Below, piece after piece: positions 60,043 through 64,000 of a DNA stretch of 64,000 nucleotides. Each line of letters opens with the position of its first letter. Position 1 is the stretch's first letter. The notes beneath the pieces were generated by a model. It worked only from the letters and a program-made list of their open reading frames with translations, was not told the origin of the DNA and ran no database searches. The translations under genes and the position numbers were made by a program. The DNA comes from Octopus vulgaris (taxonomy: Eukaryota), in contig OX597824.1 of NCBI GenBank assembly GCA_951406725.2, positions 53,568,001 through 53,632,000 of the forward strand, given 5' to 3'.

Positions 60043-60925
60043 AGGAGTGGTTAAAAAGTTCACTTCAATACTACATGGTTCGGATTTCAATACCCCTGCA
60101 TGGCACTTAGATAAGTATCTTTCACCATAGCTGGAGCTAGTGGAAATTACAAACATACCAGTCATATATAAATATGTATGCATGCACACATCTTTCATTT
60201 CTATACAAAACCACATAATATAAGCAACAGCAAGGAAACTGGAAATCCAGTGCTCTGTGAGTCAAGTTGTTTGTGTTATTCTTTCCAGTTCCAAATTTAA
60301 AAAACTCACTCATCACTGTTTCCAACGAAAATGCAATGAACCAGTGATTAACCTACCATGATCTGTAACCAACAATGCTATTGTGGGCTAACTATAATTA
60401 TAAATAAACATATAGAAACTATTTAATAGGAGGTTTTTATTGTTTGAAATGATAGTCTATATGAAAAATGTGTAAGAAGTGTACTTTGTGGGAAGTGAAT
60501 GCAGACTTGGAGAGCTCTAAGTTTTACCTGGTTTATTTTATAAGAGCACATGATTTGAGAAAGTTGCTGAGCCTCAAATATGTCAGCTGATGTTTGAAAA
60601 AAAAACCATTGCAAAGATGATACATTTTGCACTAAAAGCAAAGCATGACATGAAATGGTAGTAGAAAGTATTTGCAGCATGAAAAATAAAGCAAAACTTT
60701 CAAAGGAAAGGCTGGATCCAACTAAGAATACTTGGTGTTGCTCACATATGAGACCCTTATATCCCAGGCCAATAAGGGAAAACTAACAAAATGGGGATGA
60801 CAGCAAATATAAAACAAGAGATAGGTCAATGAAGAAGGCTCAAGAAATAACTGAGGTGTCAAAAGCAACCTGGAGCTAAACAACAATGAAACATGAAAAT
60901 AGAAGGTTAAAAAAAAATGTCCTAC

Positions 60926-60989
60926 TTTAGCAGAAGCATGAATGGTTTTCTGTTCCTTTTTGGCAGCTTGCCTCTTATTATCAAAATAC
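60926..60989 (-). CDS. NEMF: NEMF exon (first found): YFDNKRQAAKKEQKTIHASAK
   Basis: Matches YxDxKRxAAKKxQKT; AAG / GTAGGA splice sites; upstream exons probably lie beyond 64000. Confidence 0.93.
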
Positions 60990-62845
60990 CTTAAAATATA
61001 CAGAAATATAATACAATTCAATTGATTATGTTCATGAAACATGATACAATACTGATACAATTAGTAAACTTGCACTATTAAAATAATATTTTAGAGTGTG
61101 CTACTGGTATACTCTGGTCATTGGTGGCCAAACTGACATCCCCAGCTTACTAGGTTAGTGAGGAAGGCTTCTAGAAACCCAGGACAAAGACATGCCAAAT
61201 GATCAGATGTAGCCAGCACAGGATCATTGGCTATCCAACTGTAGAGTATAGTAATCAAGCAAGCTATAAGACCACTGGCAGTGATGGACTCCCAGTTTCA
61301 CACAGAACATGTCTTGGAGGTAGAAAACTCCAAATTTGAACCCCCACTGTTTGTGGGTAAGACTATGGCATGACAGACTTCCATCCTATGGTCAAACAAC
61401 CTCATAGTCATATGGGTACCAGGGGTTTCCACAACTTCTATATCTCTGTGCTGTTGAATTCAGCTGATGAGGAACAAGAATGTAGATGATGTTACACAAG
61501 TTCCTCTCAATTAAATTCAGACCACATGCAACTGATGCATCTTGGCTCCATGAAAGTGGTGAATTTTTAGTTGCAGCAGTTAAGGTATCATGAACATCTG
61601 TGACAATGAAAAACTGCTACTACTGTAGTTTTCTATATTCGCAAGGACACACTGAAAGTGTAATGTAGGAAGCACTCAAGATTCTCAGGTGCCACAAGCA
61701 GTTACATCAAAGACATAGTTTTCCTCAACCATCAACAAACATCTAAATTTTCTTGCAAATTGGCTGTGGTGAGTGTTGAAACAGAATCATAACTCTCTGT
61801 CATCCAAACTGCAATAAAACATACCTGAATTTTCCCCTTCCCACCGACTTCATTTCTTTTGAATAGTTATTTTAATAAATTAACTTCCCCGTTATCTCAA
61901 CTTTTCTTTAATTACTATCTCACAATACAAGATCCTTAAGTCACAATTGAAGCTACTTCATTAAATTTGATGTATGTAAATATTGTCCTGAAGAGAAACA
62001 TAATTTAGATAAAAATTCAAGATAAAGAGAGCCTGTAAGACTAGCTATTTGCAGTTTTACACTGCAAATAATCAGTCTTAGAGGTTTGAGTTTTACTTAG
62101 ATAAAAAGATAAAAAATTATATGAAAACTAGACATTGATGCAAACTTACTGAAAATCACAGAAAATATCAACCAGCACATGTACAGACAACAAATTTCAT
62201 TAATCTGTAATCTTTACTATTAACACTTTTACAGCAGCAAAGACTTTTTGTACATCCATTTTCAGAATAACATATATTAATATCTAACAAACATTCCTAT
62301 AATTGCAGCAAAAGTATAGAAAGTCACAAAATGTGCCACACTGGCACGTGCATGCGTGTGTTATTTCTGAAAAAGATTATGAAGATGTTTCAACTATCAA
62401 ACTAGTTATTAAACTGTTATCACAGAATCATTTACACGTAATATATCTGTATGACTGCACCTGCAAAGTTCAACTCCTAACACCAATACAACCACTACAA
62501 CTCTACTGCTACAAACATCAACACCACCACATCTACTACCACAGTAGACACCACCATCCTCACCGCTACAAACACCACTACCACCACCATCAGAACCACC
62601 AACAGCATTACTACTACCACCATAACCGACCACTGACAACACAGCTACCATCAACACTGATAACACATCTACCACCGACACTGACACCACACCACCAACA
62701 TACACATATGTATGTGTATCTTGTGTGTCTTTGTGTCTGTGTTTTTCCTCCACTATCATCACTATCACTAGACAAGCAGTGATGGTATGTTTATGTCCCT
62801 GTAATGTAGTGGTTCAGCAAAAGAGTCCAACAGAATAAGTTTTAA

Positions 62846-63453
62846 CCCTTTGTGGGCCAGCAGGGTTGGAATTACACAAAAGGACCCCACTTTTATTTTT
62901 GCACATTTCTGTGCTATCTGTAAAGTGATATTTGCTTAATCTCCTATATATGTGTGAGTGCATGATACAGAACAAAAAATTTAGCACTTTATAAGTATAT
63001 ATTTGTAATTATTAGCATTTAATGGAGAGAAATTAAAATATAATTTATTGACTGAAAAAAACCTTTATTGAAAGAAATCAACATTTTTTATATATGTATA
63101 AACTATACATATAGCACTAAATATAAAATAAAACAAAATTATTTAGTATATCAATTCATACTAGTACAAATACAAAGAAAATTGACCAACAGTTCATCAG
63201 AATATCTGAAAAAAGAACAGAAAAAAATAATTCCACAGAAGGCCAATGGGGGTCCAATTGGACACCAATGACCATATTTTATGCTATAACATCCATATGA
63301 CTAGAAATTTTAAACTCAAAATTTGTATGTGCATACATAACCTATTGACAATAAAAGTCATGCAATAGAAAATCATTTAAATAAATAATATAAAAGTTGC
63401 ATAACTTTTAAAATTTGCTGGGGTCCCAAAGGACTCCGCTGGCCCATGAAGAG
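62846..63453. mobile_element. piggyBac-like non-autonomous element with TTAA target duplication, inserted in a SINE (~62717-63560)
   Basis: TTAA-CCCTTTGTGGGCCAGC at left, GCTGGCCCATGAAGAG-TTAA at right; SINE sequence resumes after it. Confidence 0.78.
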
Positions 63454-63862
63454 TTAAAAAACAAAAAACAACTGGGGTCAATTCATTCAACTAAAATTCT
63501 TCAAGGTGATACCCCAGCATGGCCACATTGTAATAACTGAAACAAGTAAAAGACAAAAGCTAAAAGATATGCATACACATGTATATGTACACACAAGTGT
63601 GTACAAAATCACATACATATACACATATATGTAACACACACAAACAGATGAACAAATCTAGGCACACAAAAACGTCTACACATACACACACACACCCACA
63701 CAAACACACACACACATGTACATACATGTAACACATGCACCCATATGCACATATACCTACATGCATATCTAGGGGAGAATTCACAAAAAAATAAAAGACG
63801 AAGACAGGTGGTGTAGACAACAAACAGATGTATTAGTTTAATGCTTGGGAAGTGAAAAAAGT

Positions 63863-63898
63863 CTTTAATGTTTCGAGCCTACGCTCTTCCACAGAAAG
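63863..63898 (-). ncRNA. Degenerate minimal hammerhead-like motif in a pLTR-like repeat (~63772-63950)
   Basis: Minus strand: CTTT-CTGTGGA-A-GAGC gtag GCTC-GAAA-C at TA-AAG; A6 changed to U. Confidence 0.5.
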
Positions 63899-64000
63899 GA
63901 ACACAGAAAGAAATGGAGAGAAAATAAAGAATGTGTAGTGGCTAGCGATGCACTCACACAGATGCATATGAACACATACACACACAAGTACATATACACA

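Noticed and set aside
61463-61512. CTGATGA followed by a GGAAC...GTTCC stem
   Set aside because: No GAAA after the stem and no stem I or III pairing; not called a hammerhead.

Overview
AT-rich, repeat-dense animal genomic DNA. The SINE, LINE and microsatellite landscape suggests a coleoid cephalopod (octopus-like); this is an inference. Left of a 100-N gap (18424-18523) lies a low-quality block: a ~390-bp tandem repeat, very long (TA)n/(TG)n tracts and several CR1-group LINE copies in head-to-head and tail-to-tail orientation. Right of the gap, 14 phase-consistent GT-AG coding exons (60989 to 21360, minus strand, 1483 nt) encode the middle and C-proximal part of NEMF/Rqc2; neither the 5' exons nor the last NFACT-C exons were found. 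Its introns hold a nested stack of elements (Tc1 split by two Penelope-like elements, one itself split by an R4/Dong LINE), mariner/maT fragments, a piggyBac-like MITE and many SINEs. The most notable signal is at least seven minimal type-I hammerhead ribozyme motifs, read by eye, in Penelope pLTR or retrozyme-like repeats. Four carry a UUGAUAA core that keeps the 3-8 tertiary pair as U3-A8, and copies show compensatory stem changes. Two motifs with an intact catalytic core lie on the NEMF sense strand. The long IYIY/CVCV/HTHT ORFs are microsatellite artefacts. All calls come from reading the sequence; no searches were run, and repeat boundaries are approximate.
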